A stretch of 64,000 nt of DNA from Thermoplasmatales archaeon (GTDB lineage Archaea; Thermoplasmatota; Thermoplasmata; Thermoplasmatales; Thermoplasmataceae). The stretch covers positions 1 through 64,000 of the forward strand of contig DAIDBH010000019.1 of NCBI GenBank assembly GCA_027310185.1, read 5' to 3'. The position numbers and the translations under genes are program-made. The notes beneath the pieces were generated by a model. It saw only the letters and a list, made by a program, of their open reading frames with translations, had not been told where the DNA came from and did no database searches. Shown here piece after piece: positions 27,373 to 38,477 of this stretch. Each line of letters starts with the position of its first letter. Position 1 is the first letter of the stretch.

Positions 27373-29394
27373 TTATCGGGCTTTTGAGCTTAGGTATCTG
27401 AGTATTTCCTCAAAGTTAACTCCATTAAGGACGCAGGCTGTTGAATTGCACAGTGAATATGTTGCTGGTTTCAGCGATTCATCCCTTTCATAGTAGGCAC
27501 TGGTATAACCCTTAGCAGCAAGCTGTTTCCTGATCTTTATTAACTCATCCATATCATTATAATTTCCCTTCAGAAGAAATGAATTGGTTCTTTCTATCTC
27601 TGTTTCTATCCTGAATGTGAAGTATGAAGGATATTTTGTTATATTTTCCACGGTTTCAGATGTTGATAGATTGACCAACTCATTGTACTGGCCAGCTAAA
27701 TTTGAATAAAGAAGCATTCTTTCGTAAACTGCAAACTGGGATGGTATGGAAGAATCTTCCTGGGAATTCAGGGTGCCTATAAATGCACTCCTGCTGTCTT
27801 TCAAGATCGCTTCACTTTCAACCTTTAACTTGAAGTATAACTGATCAGCAATCTCCTTTGCATTTTCTATGGCTTCATTGTTTGCTGTTGAGAATCCGAA
27901 TTTAAAGAAGCTCATGGATAGGAATGCATAATCTGACAGATAGCCAGGGACTTTTTTCCCACTTGGATAGATAAGATGAACGCATCTTCCGTTTTCTACA
28001 TATTTCGTTGAAAGGAAATTATAAAGTTCCTCAGCGTATTTCAGAAATTTCCTGTCGTTGGTAGATGAAAAAGCCTCGCTCAGTGCATATAAAAGAAAAC
28101 CGTTCATATCTCCACAAACCTTTGTATCTGTTTGCGGTGGAACTCTTTTCTCCCTTATATCCTTCAGTTTACCCAGATTTTGTTTTATACCATCATCAAG
28201 CCAGAAAAATCCATTCTCATTGAATTTATCAGTATCATTCTTCTCATTTTCAATATAAAGGATATTCATTCCGTTTGATGTCCCCTTCGGTTCTTCAACA
28301 TAGTTTCCATCATCACGTACATTAAACAAAGAGGCGAATCTTGCATAATCCTCACCGAGTATCTTCATAAGTTCTTTTGAAGTCCAGAGATAGTATTTTC
28401 CTTCTATGCCTTCGCTGTCTGCATCAATGGCACTGTAATAACCACCATCAGGAGACAGCATTTTTTCCCTCAGGAACGCCATTTCCTCCTTAATGATATC
28501 CAAATACTGTTTCTTTGATGTTACTTTATAAATATTTGACATGGCCGTGATGAAATTTGCCTGGTCATACAGCATTTTTTCAAAGTGTGGGATCTTCCAG
28601 CCAAAATCGGTTGCATATCTATGAATTCCATTTCCTACGTGATCATAAATTCCTCCCATCCTGATTGCCGCTGCAGTCCTCTCTGCCATCTCAAGTGCAT
28701 CTTTTGCTTTATATATACTGTAATAGTGAGCAAGGAAAGACATTATATGTGATGATGGAAATTTCATGTTCCTCCCAAATCCACCATAGCTCTTATCAAA
28801 TGAGCTTTGGAGCTGGTTGTAAGCCATAGTTGCTAAATTTTCCCTGTTATAATTAGCGACTTTTGAAACCTTAGTTCCCGTTATTAGTTCATTCTCCTGT
28901 ACCTTCTTGAATATTTCTTCGGGGCTGCCTGTCCATAGTTCGTTAATACTGTTCAGAAGTTCGATTATACCTATGGAACCATACCTTGACTCTCTTGGGA
29001 TATATGTGAATGGAAAAACTGGTTTCAGTTCCGGAGTAAGAATAATATTGAGGGGCCAACCAGCATTTCCAGCAACTCTGTTGGCAAAATCTATGAAATA
29101 AGCATCAACATCTGGCATCTCTTCCCTGTCAACTTTTATACTGACATATTTCTCATTCATCACTTTTGCAACGTCATCTCTGCTAAAGCTTTCTTTCTCC
29201 ATCACATGACACCAGTGACAGGTTGAGTAGCCTATGCTCAGAAAAATAAGTTTATTCTCTTTTTTTGCCTTCTCAAACGCTTCGTCTGACCATGGATACC
29301 AGTCTACTGGATTAGACGCATGTTGAATTAGATATGGACTTTCTTCATTTTTCAGATGATTCATGGTATTACTACTCATATATACCTCATCCAA
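27373..29394 (-). CDS. YyaL/SPATA20-like thioredoxin-domain protein
   Basis: [63 protein letters not shown]; true start may be a downstream ATG. Confidence 0.93.
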   Translation of the reverse strand: MDEVYMSSNTMNHLKNEESPYLIQHASNPVDWYPWSDEAFEKAKKENKLIFLSIGYSTCHWCHVMEKESFSRDDVAKVMNEKYVSIKVDREEMPDVDAYFIDFANRVAGNAGWPLNIILTPELKPVFPFTYIPRESRYGSIGIIELLNSINELWTGSPEEIFKKVQENELITGTKVSKVANYNRENLATMAYNQLQSSFDKSYGGFGRNMKFPSSHIMSFLAHYYSIYKAKDALEMAERTAAAIRMGGIYDHVGNGIHRYATDFGWKIPHFEKMLYDQANFITAMSNIYKVTSKKQYLDIIKEEMAFLREKMLSPDGGYYSAIDADSEGIEGKYYLWTSKELMKILGEDYARFASLFNVRDDGNYVEEPKGTSNGMNILYIENEKNDTDKFNENGFFWLDDGIKQNLGKLKDIREKRVPPQTDTKVCGDMNGFLLYALSEAFSSTNDRKFLKYAEELYNFLSTKYVENGRCVHLIYPSGKKVPGYLSDYAFLSMSFFKFGFSTANNEAIENAKEIADQLYFKLKVESEAILKDSRSAFIGTLNSQEDSSIPSQFAVYERMLLYSNLAGQYNELVNLSTSETVENITKYPSYFTFRIETEIERTNSFLLKGNYNDMDELIKIRKQLAAKGYTSAYYERDESLKPATYSLCNSTACVLNGVNFEEILRYLSSKAR

Positions 29395-29416
29395 CGAAGA
29401 TTATTATTATTAATGT

Positions 29417-29435
29417 ATTTTTAGAATCTAAAAAT
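29417..29435. promoter_or_regulatory. Perfect palindrome ATTTTTAGA-A-TCTAAAAAT, candidate transcription-factor site
   Basis: 9-1-9 inverted repeat in the divergent intergenic region. Confidence 0.4.
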
Positions 29436-29453
29436 GAGATTCATACGTTTCAT

Positions 29454-29477
29454 ACTCTTAAATCCTATTTTAAGAGT
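29454..29477. repeat. Inverted repeat ACTCTTAAA-N6-TTTAAGAGT
   Basis: 9-bp perfect arms read directly from sequence. Confidence 0.45.
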
Positions 29478-29622
29478 TTTTAGGATCAATTCTTCTCTCT
29501 CATGAATCTAAGTTGTAAATGTTGAAAATTGAACGAAATATGATAATTATAAGGTTCCATATCGAGCATTTTTAATCCGGGTAGGGATTACACATGGGAC
29601 AGAATATGAAGGTGGCAATAAT

Positions 29623-30222
29623 ATGGTAAATGGTAAAAGAAATATAGCGATACTGATCAGGCATGGAGAAAGCCTGGCAAATGTAAAGAAAATCGTATCA
29701 GAAGACATAGACGGTTTCCCCCTAACAGAATTAGGAGTAAAACAGGCATTGAAGACTGGTAAATTGCTCGAACCCATCTCCAGAAGTGTTGATTCATTCA
29801 TATCAAGTCCGATCATCAGGGCAGTTCAGACTGGCCTCAATGTAATGGAAAGCATGGGACTGGAAAGGGAAGTAATCAGGGATGATCTCCTTATTGAGAC
29901 AAGATTTGGAAAATACAACAATATAAATTTCAGTGATTTTCCAAAGTTTCACAAGAAAGAGTACGGAATCGAAGCCTTTGAGGATAATGGTAGTAGGATG
30001 ATGGAAGCCATAAAAAAATACAAGGGAATTAATCTTTATTTCTCTCATGCGTTGCCAATCAAGGCGCTCATATGCAATATATTGGGTCTGGAGGAAGAAG
30101 ATTCAGGTGGAATCCAGATAGAGAATGCTACAATTTCAGTAATAGATGTTTCAGATAAAAAGATCCTCTCCATAGGTTCTCATCACATTTCAGAGAACCT
30201 GATCAATCTTATCAATTCCTGA
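29623..30222 (+). CDS. Histidine phosphatase / cofactor-dependent phosphoglycerate mutase-like protein
   Basis: RHGES, SSPIIRAVQT, FSHALPI. Confidence 0.88.
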   Translation: MVNGKRNIAILIRHGESLANVKKIVSEDIDGFPLTELGVKQALKTGKLLEPISRSVDSFISSPIIRAVQTGLNVMESMGLEREVIRDDLLIETRFGKYNNINFSDFPKFHKKEYGIEAFEDNGSRMMEAIKKYKGINLYFSHALPIKALICNILGLEEEDSGGIQIENATISVIDVSDKKILSIGSHHISENLINLINS

Positions 30223-31374
30223 ACTGGCAATAATAAAAACTAATCCGGCAACTGCACCAAGTATGATTGTAACAGCAAATGAAACTGGAAGTAGATACCC
30301 TTTACTTATAATCAGTACCAGGGATCCTTCCAGAATAGCTCCTATTCCATTCCCAGAGTATTGGAACGTATAAAATATTCCAAAGGAAACATTTCTTTCC
30401 TTATTGCTTAGTACTCCTGTGAGAAGAGGAATTATAGCTATTTCATATATGGAGAAACCAGTGAAAAAAGGTATCAATGCAAGCACATATGCAAGGTAAT
30501 TCAGCTTGAAAATGAGTCCTAAATAAACAGTAAAAATACCGGCAAAAATAAGAATTGAGGATAGGGCAATCACATTGAATTTTCTTTTTCTATAAACACC
30601 CTCTGAAATTGAAATAGCTATTATGCCTGAAATCAGTATGCTTAAAAACAGTGTAAGACCATAATGAAATAAACCATATGAAGGAACAACATTGATCTGA
30701 ACAGCTAAAAATATCATGAAAGTTATTGAAGAAAGCATAAAAGCGCCAGCATATATTAGATGATCTCTGTGTTCATTTCTAATTTTACCCACATTTCCAT
30801 CGTTTACGTGGCGTTTCACTTCTTTTATCCGGTTTATGATAAGGATAGCCAGTATTCCCAGTACTGCCGATATGAGGAAGAAATTCCTGATTCCTATATA
30901 AGTCGCGATAAGTGGTGAAAAACCTATCCCACCAATGAAAGCAAATCCTATTCCTATACCGGTTACGGCCATTGCGGTATTTCTTCTGTCTTCAGGGACT
31001 ATGTCTATGGCGAGAGATGTAATAGGAGTACTGATTGCTCCCAGTCCAGCTATAAATCTACCAGCGATAAGGATCCATATATTGCTTCCCAAATAACTCA
31101 ATATATTTCCTGCAATAAACAGGGATAGTCCTAAATATATGTAATTCTTCCTTCCAATAATCCTTGATATGTATCCACTTGGAATCTGCATTACTGCCAT
31201 GGATATTTCGTAAGATGCAAGAGCAAGCCCGATCAGTATACCATTATGTGTAAATTTAGATGCGTATACGCCTATCAATGGAATGACAAAAAATATTCCA
31301 GTCAATCTTAAAAACTGTACAATAGAAAGTTCAAATAACGACCTGTACTGTTCTTTATTTAGTTTTGAAGCCAT
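30190..31374 (-). CDS. MFS transporter
   Basis: About 12 TMs, GYISRIIGRK motif-A variant, GRFIAGLGA. Confidence 0.9.
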   Translation of the reverse strand: MASKLNKEQYRSLFELSIVQFLRLTGIFFVIPLIGVYASKFTHNGILIGLALASYEISMAVMQIPSGYISRIIGRKNYIYLGLSLFIAGNILSYLGSNIWILIAGRFIAGLGAISTPITSLAIDIVPEDRRNTAMAVTGIGIGFAFIGGIGFSPLIATYIGIRNFFLISAVLGILAILIINRIKEVKRHVNDGNVGKIRNEHRDHLIYAGAFMLSSITFMIFLAVQINVVPSYGLFHYGLTLFLSILISGIIAISISEGVYRKRKFNVIALSSILIFAGIFTVYLGLIFKLNYLAYVLALIPFFTGFSIYEIAIIPLLTGVLSNKERNVSFGIFYTFQYSGNGIGAILEGSLVLIISKGYLLPVSFAVTIILGAVAGLVFIIASSGIDKIDQVL

Positions 31375-31375
31375 T

Positions 31376-31837
31376 TCAGTCTGACAGAACTTTTACCTGC
31401 TCAGATATCAACTCAGCAAGTTTTGATATGAATTTCTCATCCTCTTCAGTAAAGGCCTTTGGTGTATCCGAATCAATGTCGATTTCTCCAACTGGAACAC
31501 CATTGGACCTTACCGGGACTACAAGTTCAGACCTGGTTTCAAGTGAACAGGCAAGGTACTTCGAATTGGAAGTCACATCAGGTTCATTTACCACGTCGTT
31601 CTGGACAATGGCCTGACTGCATAATCCCTCTCCTATGGTGATTTCTTCGTGAATGGTTGGTTTTCCGACATAGCTTTCAAGTATCAGCTTGTTTTTTTTC
31701 AATACGTAAACTCCAACCCAGTTGTATTTCGGGTTATTCTCTGAAATATAACTGCAAAATTGGTTCAACATATTTCTAGCAGACGTTAATCGTAAAGCAT
31801 CTACACTTTCTATTTGCCGCTGGATGTTAACAACCAT
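31376..31837 (-). CDS. msrC: GAF-domain free methionine-(R)-sulfoxide reductase-like protein
   Basis: NWVGVY, GEGLC, PDV...YLAC, SELVVP, IDIDS. Confidence 0.8.
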   Translation of the reverse strand: MVVNIQRQIESVDALRLTSARNMLNQFCSYISENNPKYNWVGVYVLKKNKLILESYVGKPTIHEEITIGEGLCSQAIVQNDVVNEPDVTSNSKYLACSLETRSELVVPVRSNGVPVGEIDIDSDTPKAFTEEDEKFISKLAELISEQVKVLSD

Positions 31838-31916
31838 AATACGGTAATGCTGATTGGACTATTAAATTTCATTTTAAGTATCATTCGTGTTTGCAGGAAT
31901 GTCTTTCTAAGACTGT

Positions 31917-32657
31917 CTAATTCTTTTTGGTCTTATTCTCCTCTACCCTGCATAGGATCATCGTAATATTATCTATACCTCCATTGGAAAATGCCGCTTC
32001 TTTCAGTTCAGTGATAAGTTCATCAGTTGCCTTCTCTGAATTGCTTAAGACAGCAGAAATATTTTGTTCTGATACCATATCGGTCAGCCCATCTGAACTT
32101 AGGAGTATCATGTCCCTATCATGAAGGTCAATAGAACCGGTAAATATTTCGGGAGTTCTGTCAACACCGATACAAGATGTGAGATAGCCCGTGAAAATCT
32201 CCCTGTGAACTTCACTCAGCACCCTCAATTTTCCATCATAAAGCATTAGTTCGCTATCCCCAGAATTTGCAAAAGAAAGAGTCTTATCGTGAATAACAAA
32301 AGTTGTAAGAGTGCTGGCCATATACTCTGAACTCTTCTTTTTTCGGTTCACTGAAAGTACAGAACTGTTCGCCTGAATCATGCCTTTTCTTATGGAACTT
32401 ATACTTCCAGAACTAAACGCACCAGACCTTATTTCCTCTGTGATCGTTTGAATGAAGACACTTACCGACTCCCTGCTGGCAATTTCCCCATCCGGCATTC
32501 CACCAACCCCATCTGCCAGTGCAGCAATAAGAAATACATTCTCATTTCTATATTCTATGGTTTGCATATCTGCACTGTCTTCATTATTACTTCTTTTTAG
32601 CCCCTGGTCCGTATCCATTGAATAATGTATAGTAAGAAAGTTATTTTTGAATATCAC
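31917..32657 (-). CDS. PPM/PP2C-family Ser/Thr protein phosphatase (PrpC/Stp1-like)
   Basis: RSNNED, LADGVGG, GEIAS, STLT, SGDS, SSDGLTD, GGIDNIT. Confidence 0.92.
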   Translation of the reverse strand: MIFKNNFLTIHYSMDTDQGLKRSNNEDSADMQTIEYRNENVFLIAALADGVGGMPDGEIASRESVSVFIQTITEEIRSGAFSSGSISSIRKGMIQANSSVLSVNRKKKSSEYMASTLTTFVIHDKTLSFANSGDSELMLYDGKLRVLSEVHREIFTGYLTSCIGVDRTPEIFTGSIDLHDRDMILLSSDGLTDMVSEQNISAVLSNSEKATDELITELKEAAFSNGGIDNITMILCRVEENKTKKN

Positions 32658-32689
32658 TTAAAAATAATTGTGATATGACTAATATATTT

Positions 32690-35311
32690 TTACTGTTTTT
32701 CTCTATTTCCATGAAAGATGGATAGCATTGAAGGAAAGTAAAACGTTCTTATTACGAATGTATCTATTATGAGTGAGATAACAAATGCAAGTCCAAGCTC
32801 CTCCAGGAATGCAACTGGAATAAAAGCCAGTGAGCCAAGAGAAATAGCAAGTATCAATCCCAGTGAAGTAACAGTCTTTGCACTTCCTACCATCCCTTTC
32901 CTCAAGCCCTCCTCAAAATCTTCTTTCTGCACCTCTTCTATGATCCTTGAAGTAATGAAAACAGTGTAGTCGTTACCAAGGCTGAAGAGAATTATGAACA
33001 GGATTATTGGAATCAGATATATCAGCTGGATATGAAGCACGTAGTTTGATAAAAGGTATAGAATGAATGTACTCCAGGATATACTGAAGAATGTTCCAGT
33101 TATTGAGATTACTGGATATCTCAATTTCCTGAAAGATGCCAGTAGAATGAGGAAAATCGCAATGATTATGAATATCTCAAGTTCGCTATATGTTCTTATA
33201 TTGGAAGCCTGCTGATCAATTACTGAGGAAGTGATTCCACCCACAATGAAAGAATCGTTAGCCCTCATAGAACTTACAGTAGATATGGATTCCTTTGAAT
33301 ATGGGGAGCTGCTTAAGGAGACTATGAAGAGGTAGTATCTTCCATTATCGATTGTAAATGCACTGGGAGATGAAAAATTTGTAATCTTCATTCCACTTAC
33401 ATAAGGGCCTTCTACCGAGGACACTCCAGTATACGACAAAATTCTTTTAGCTGTGTTCTCCAGAATGCCAATCTGGCTGTGAGTAAGATTTTCACCGTTG
33501 AAATTACTCTTGTAAACAATGTACGTTGGGAATATGACTCCATCTCCAAAGTTGTCTTCAATCTCATTCAATCCATGAACAGAACTGAGTGACTGGGGAA
33601 GTCCAGTGTTAAAATTGTAGGTAGTAGGAGCTGTAAAGAAGAAGTATCCTCCTGCGGCTCCCAGAATTATAATGACTGCAGCCACCGCAAACTTCTTGCT
33701 CGATGAGAAGGAAGTGGTCTTGTAGAATATAGATTTTCTGTGATGGTTTTCTCCCTGTGGTTTAGAACCTATCTTCATTATAAGCCTCTTTGATAGAAGC
33801 TTCATTGCTACTGGCAGCAATGTTGTCTGAAGAATTACTGTGAAAATTATTGCCTGGAAGAGAACAATCCCCCAGTCAAAGAATGATGGGACAAGGGAAA
33901 AGGTCAGTAGTGTAACGGCTACTGTTATTCCACTTATAATTACTGCCTTTCCAGCCCTGTTAATAGCGATCTCAAGTGATTCCTCATAGCTCTTCCCCGA
34001 TCTCAATTCCTGCCTGTATCTTGCTATTAGAAATACAAGGTAATCTGTTGAAACTCCAAGTATAACTGCGGTCAATGTGTAATTTACAATGAAACTTACA
34101 TTACCAATTAGAAAACCAGTGATGTAAACTGAAACATAGCCCAGTAATAATGAAATACCTACAAATATTAACCCAAGAATAGAGGCCCAGTATGAAACCA
34201 GGGTTATGAAGACTGCAATCAGCAGGAATATGAAAATAAGACCAAAGGCAAATCCTGATTTGGCTGTTACCTGTGAAGTCTGATAAGCAATAGCCCCGTT
34301 ACCTGTCACTATTGCATTGTTTCCAAAAACCTGATCTGTGTACGAATTCAATCTGGGATAGAATTCCTGAGCAGGTGATGAACCATTCTTATATTCGAAC
34401 CCTGAAGGTGCGGTAAATTCAATTGATACAATGAAAATTTTATGATTTGGGCTCACTGTCTGGTTGATCAGAGAACCAGGAGCACTGAGTAATGCAAAAC
34501 TGGTAACATATCCGTTTCCCGGGTTACTGTAATTTATTGCTGAGTATACCAGATTCCATGAAATATTGAACCCGCTTGAATTGGAAATATAATTTGCAGT
34601 GGCTCTGCTCAATGAAGTTGAATTATCAAAACTTAGAAAATTAACATCCTGCAGTATGTAAGTTGTAATTGGTAATGTGCTGAAGGATGAGTTTCTTGCG
34701 TCCTCTACTATGGCATGAAATACTGTCTCCTTACCATTTCCCGCAAATTCTGCATATGAAGATTTAACATCTGAAACAAAGGTACTTTCATAGTTTGATC
34801 CATTATATCCACTCAAATTCACTGCCTGCTGTATTTCGCTCTCCTTGAAATCTAACGCATTCCAATTAATAAAGAAGTCATAAGAAAATCCGTAAATCTT
34901 AGAACTGTTATTTTTTACATTTAAATAATTGGCCTTTATCTGGCTACCGTAACTCTTAAGCGTTGTGTTGTCGATATAATCAGAATAGTTTGTAAATGGG
35001 TTGGTTGTTTTGTATACACTCTTATCAGCATTTCTGATCATGTAATTTAAGCGAAAAGTCTCTCTTGCAAGTGTATAATTAGACATTGGATTTCCATTTA
35101 CCACTATGGTTAGGGATTGGTGTGTTGTCTCAAGCTGGGAAACTAGCTCCTGAGCCTGGTTAGACTCAGAATTGCTGCTGGTTGTAGTTGAACTGGCGTA
35201 GTTTAGGTAGGAACTGTAATGTAAGACCGCAGGTATGGCTAGTAGAAGGACTACGACCCATACAATGATCACTACATTCCTCTTTGAAAGCAGGCTTTTT
35301 GCATTTAACAC
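32690..35311 (-). CDS. MMPL/RND-family transporter
   Basis: Two TM repeats with GVSTDYLVFLIARYRQE and GNDYTVFITSRIIEE, DTFVIR; large extracellular loops. Confidence 0.9.
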   Translation of the reverse strand: MLNAKSLLSKRNVVIIVWVVVLLLAIPAVLHYSSYLNYASSTTTSSNSESNQAQELVSQLETTHQSLTIVVNGNPMSNYTLARETFRLNYMIRNADKSVYKTTNPFTNYSDYIDNTTLKSYGSQIKANYLNVKNNSSKIYGFSYDFFINWNALDFKESEIQQAVNLSGYNGSNYESTFVSDVKSSYAEFAGNGKETVFHAIVEDARNSSFSTLPITTYILQDVNFLSFDNSTSLSRATANYISNSSGFNISWNLVYSAINYSNPGNGYVTSFALLSAPGSLINQTVSPNHKIFIVSIEFTAPSGFEYKNGSSPAQEFYPRLNSYTDQVFGNNAIVTGNGAIAYQTSQVTAKSGFAFGLIFIFLLIAVFITLVSYWASILGLIFVGISLLLGYVSVYITGFLIGNVSFIVNYTLTAVILGVSTDYLVFLIARYRQELRSGKSYEESLEIAINRAGKAVIISGITVAVTLLTFSLVPSFFDWGIVLFQAIIFTVILQTTLLPVAMKLLSKRLIMKIGSKPQGENHHRKSIFYKTTSFSSSKKFAVAAVIIILGAAGGYFFFTAPTTYNFNTGLPQSLSSVHGLNEIEDNFGDGVIFPTYIVYKSNFNGENLTHSQIGILENTAKRILSYTGVSSVEGPYVSGMKITNFSSPSAFTIDNGRYYLFIVSLSSSPYSKESISTVSSMRANDSFIVGGITSSVIDQQASNIRTYSELEIFIIIAIFLILLASFRKLRYPVISITGTFFSISWSTFILYLLSNYVLHIQLIYLIPIILFIILFSLGNDYTVFITSRIIEEVQKEDFEEGLRKGMVGSAKTVTSLGLILAISLGSLAFIPVAFLEELGLAFVISLIIDTFVIRTFYFPSMLSIFHGNREKQ

Positions 35312-35472
35312 ATGAATTAATTGTTTATATATAATTGAAAATTTGTTAAATTTTTCTTCACATATTACTTATTGCTTTTATATACTAATCGTACGATGAG
35401 GATAGTGTTTATTCACTGAAAAAAATTAATTAACGTCAATTTTTAATAATAGTTAGAATTACTTGAATAATC

Positions 35473-36249
35473 ATGGATACAGTAGATAAAAAAATCCTGT
35501 TCAGCTTACTGAAAGATGGTAGAACCCCACAAAGGCAGATAGCCAAGGAAATAGGTATCTCAGCACAAACCTTGAACTACAGAATGACGAAAATGATAGA
35601 AGATGGTATAATTGTAAACTTTATAGTACACATAAATTCCAGGATACTGGGAAAGGTAGAAGCATTTGCAGCTTACATTTCAGATAAGGAGATAGAAGAA
35701 GGTTATTTTACAAGACTGAAATGTCTGGAAAAGATCACTCTTTACGGATTTGATGGAGAAACCGCTGAGGAAGTAGATAAGAAAATTGAAGATGCGTCAT
35801 TGAAACTAGGCCAGCCTGTGATGAAGTACAGGCCGGAAATCAATTCTTATTCAGGAAATTCGAAGAACATAGATTTCCAGATTATTGACCAGCTAAAGAA
35901 AACACCAAGAGCAAAAATATCTGAAATTGCCAAGGCTCTGGATATGCCCGTGATACGGATAAAGAGAAGGTATAACTTCCTGAGAAAAAGTCATCTTGTG
36001 GCCGTAATGGCGAAAATTGACCTTTCTAAGACAGATGTTGTCATCTTCAGCATTTTCAGTACTGATCAGGAAAAGATTGAGTCTATACTGGAAGATGCAA
36101 CAATATTCAAGATAACAGATAACAAGACCGGGGTATTCATATGTTTTGCGGAAAACATGGTCAGCGCAAGGACACTGATCAACAGTTCAAGGGAAGCCGA
36201 GAAAAGCAGTGAAGTCATGGTTATATATGACTATGAATTCATTCATTAG
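35473..36249 (+). CDS. Tandem Lrp/AsnC-type winged-HTH transcriptional regulator
   Basis: Two HTH units: DKKILFSLLKDGRTPQRQIAKEIGIS and DFQIIDQLKKTPRAKISEIAKAL. Confidence 0.88.
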   Translation: MDTVDKKILFSLLKDGRTPQRQIAKEIGISAQTLNYRMTKMIEDGIIVNFIVHINSRILGKVEAFAAYISDKEIEEGYFTRLKCLEKITLYGFDGETAEEVDKKIEDASLKLGQPVMKYRPEINSYSGNSKNIDFQIIDQLKKTPRAKISEIAKALDMPVIRIKRRYNFLRKSHLVAVMAKIDLSKTDVVIFSIFSTDQEKIESILEDATIFKITDNKTGVFICFAENMVSARTLINSSREAEKSSEVMVIYDYEFIH

Positions 36250-36320
36250 GTAATACTGAATTACATAAATAACACGACCAATTGAACAGAATGAGTTTGG
36301 AAAATCAATAAAAGTTAATT

Positions 36321-37493
36321 ATGGAATTGCCATTAAACTTTGTGTTATCAAAGAGAGTAAATAACGTCTCTGAATCTGCTACGGTCTCCACGTCTGCTAA
36401 GGCTGCGAAGATGACCGCCGAAGGAAGAAAAATTATAAACTTTGGAGTGGGAGAGCCAGACTTTACAACACCTGCTGGTGAAATAAACTATGCATTTGAG
36501 AAGGCCAAAGAAGGATTCACACACTACACACCATCAAAGGGATATGTGGAATTGAGAACCAAGATCGCTAAAAAGATCAATAATAACATCCACAATCTGA
36601 ACTCTGAAAACATAATTGTAACACCAACAAAATTTGCCATTAACCTTGCAATCATGGCAATCGCAGATGAGGGGGATGAAATAATAATTCCAGAACCATA
36701 TTTTCTCTCATATCCTGAAATCTGCAGGATTTACGGGGTAAAACCAGTCGAGGTACCGTCCAATGATGATTTTTCCCTTGATCTTGAGGGCATAGAAAAT
36801 TCTATTACACCAAGGACAAAGGGCATAATCATATCCAATCCTGCAAATCCAACAGGTAAGGTTTTTTCAACAGAGGAAATCAAGGCACTACAGAAGCTAT
36901 GCATCGATGAAGGAATATATTTTATTCAGGATCAGATTTATGAAGAACTTGTTTTCGAGGGGAAAATTCAGGATATAATTGAGATGGATCAGGAAATGAA
37001 GCATACCATACTAATAAGCGGCTTCTCTAAAAGTTATGCCATGACAGGATGGAGGATAGGATATCTCGCTTCATCCAGAGAATTTATAAGTGCGGTAGAC
37101 AAGCTTCAGCAACAGACCATAACATGTGCACCTTCGATTTCTCAAATGGCGGCCATATATGCAATGGATGATGAAGAGAGTCCTAAAGCAATGAAGGAGG
37201 TGTTCAGGAAAAGAAGGGAACTTGTTTGTAACCTGATAAGTGAAATTAAAGGTCTGAATCTCATAAAGCCAGAAGGGGCATTTTATGTTTTTCCATCATA
37301 CGACCTCAATATATCATCAGTTGAATTCTGCAAGCAGATTCTTGATTCAAAGGGTCTTCTGCTTACTCCAGGTTCAGCATTTGGTAAACAGGGGGAAGGT
37401 CATTTCAGAATTTCCTATGCGCTATCTGAGGATAAATTGAAGGAAGGGATCGCACTCTTGGCGAGTTTCATGGATGAGCAGAGCAGGATTTAA
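36321..37493 (+). CDS. Aspartate aminotransferase (class I/II PLP)
   Basis: GEPDF, HYTPSKG, SNPANPTG, DQIY, SKSYAMTGWRIG, PEGAFY, PGSAFG. Confidence 0.93.
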   Translation: MELPLNFVLSKRVNNVSESATVSTSAKAAKMTAEGRKIINFGVGEPDFTTPAGEINYAFEKAKEGFTHYTPSKGYVELRTKIAKKINNNIHNLNSENIIVTPTKFAINLAIMAIADEGDEIIIPEPYFLSYPEICRIYGVKPVEVPSNDDFSLDLEGIENSITPRTKGIIISNPANPTGKVFSTEEIKALQKLCIDEGIYFIQDQIYEELVFEGKIQDIIEMDQEMKHTILISGFSKSYAMTGWRIGYLASSREFISAVDKLQQQTITCAPSISQMAAIYAMDDEESPKAMKEVFRKRRELVCNLISEIKGLNLIKPEGAFYVFPSYDLNISSVEFCKQILDSKGLLLTPGSAFGKQGEGHFRISYALSEDKLKEGIALLASFMDEQSRI

Positions 37494-38477
37494 ATGGGTT
37501 TAAGCTTCTTGATTGTTCCAGTTCTAATCACAGTTCTCGTGATTGCCGGAATCAGTTTAATTCTGACATTCTTTAATTTCAGGGCAATCCGCCTTTTCAG
37601 TAGAAAATATGAAGAGGACATTGAAAACTACAAAACATCTATCAATGAGTACGAGGAAGATTTTACAGTTTCTCCAGATGAAGAGATGGAGGAAGATGAG
37701 GAAATTGAGAAGGAACATACCCGGGAAGAGGTAAAACTGGAGATAGATAAGGACATGGAGAGACTTACAAACGAGATCAGAAAGAATGAGTTGCTGATGG
37801 AGAAAATGGAAAAACATTATTCAACACTGAGAAAGGTTTCTAAGGACATGATGGAAAGCATCATTCCACCGACAAAATTTCAGTCTCTTTCGGAGACTTA
37901 TGCACCGATCCCACTGATTGATGAAAAGCCATTGTGGAATGATCTTGTGAGAAATCATATACCATCAGAGCAGGGAAACCTCTATGAGATGTGGGGTAAA
38001 TATGTTGAACTCACAGGAGAATATTCACATCAGAAGATAGAGTCAATAAAGGGAATCCTGGAGAAAATTTTTGGCAGGACAGAATATAGAAAATTAGATA
38101 GATCTGATAATGCAGTCAATGGGGATACATACTATACGGTAAAACCAGTGCTTCATATCCTGAACAACCTGTTCTTCGATGAACCGGAAATTCAATTTCA
38201 GATAGAGGACGGAAAAAAGGAGAAGAAACTGGGAAGATCATCATCTCTTCTGATTAACAATGAGGAATTCATACATGGAAAGACATCAGAAGTGATGGCA
38301 TTTCAGTCCATGTTCAGGGAAATTCTTGACACAAAGAACTATTCTATATGCAGGGAAACACAGAGACAGAAGGAATTGAAAAGTGAAATAGAAAACATTA
38401 TTAAAAGCATAAGGAAATTATTAAACTGGTTCATATTTGAAGAAGATAACATGATACAGTGTAAGATGCTGGAGTGA
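37494..38477 (+). CDS. Hypothetical membrane-anchored protein with acidic/coiled-coil region
   Basis: N-terminal TM, Glu-rich tract, abuts both neighbours. Confidence 0.78.
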   Translation: MGLSFLIVPVLITVLVIAGISLILTFFNFRAIRLFSRKYEEDIENYKTSINEYEEDFTVSPDEEMEEDEEIEKEHTREEVKLEIDKDMERLTNEIRKNELLMEKMEKHYSTLRKVSKDMMESIIPPTKFQSLSETYAPIPLIDEKPLWNDLVRNHIPSEQGNLYEMWGKYVELTGEYSHQKIESIKGILEKIFGRTEYRKLDRSDNAVNGDTYYTVKPVLHILNNLFFDEPEIQFQIEDGKKEKKLGRSSSLLINNEEFIHGKTSEVMAFQSMFREILDTKNYSICRETQRQKELKSEIENIIKSIRKLLNWFIFEEDNMIQCKMLE

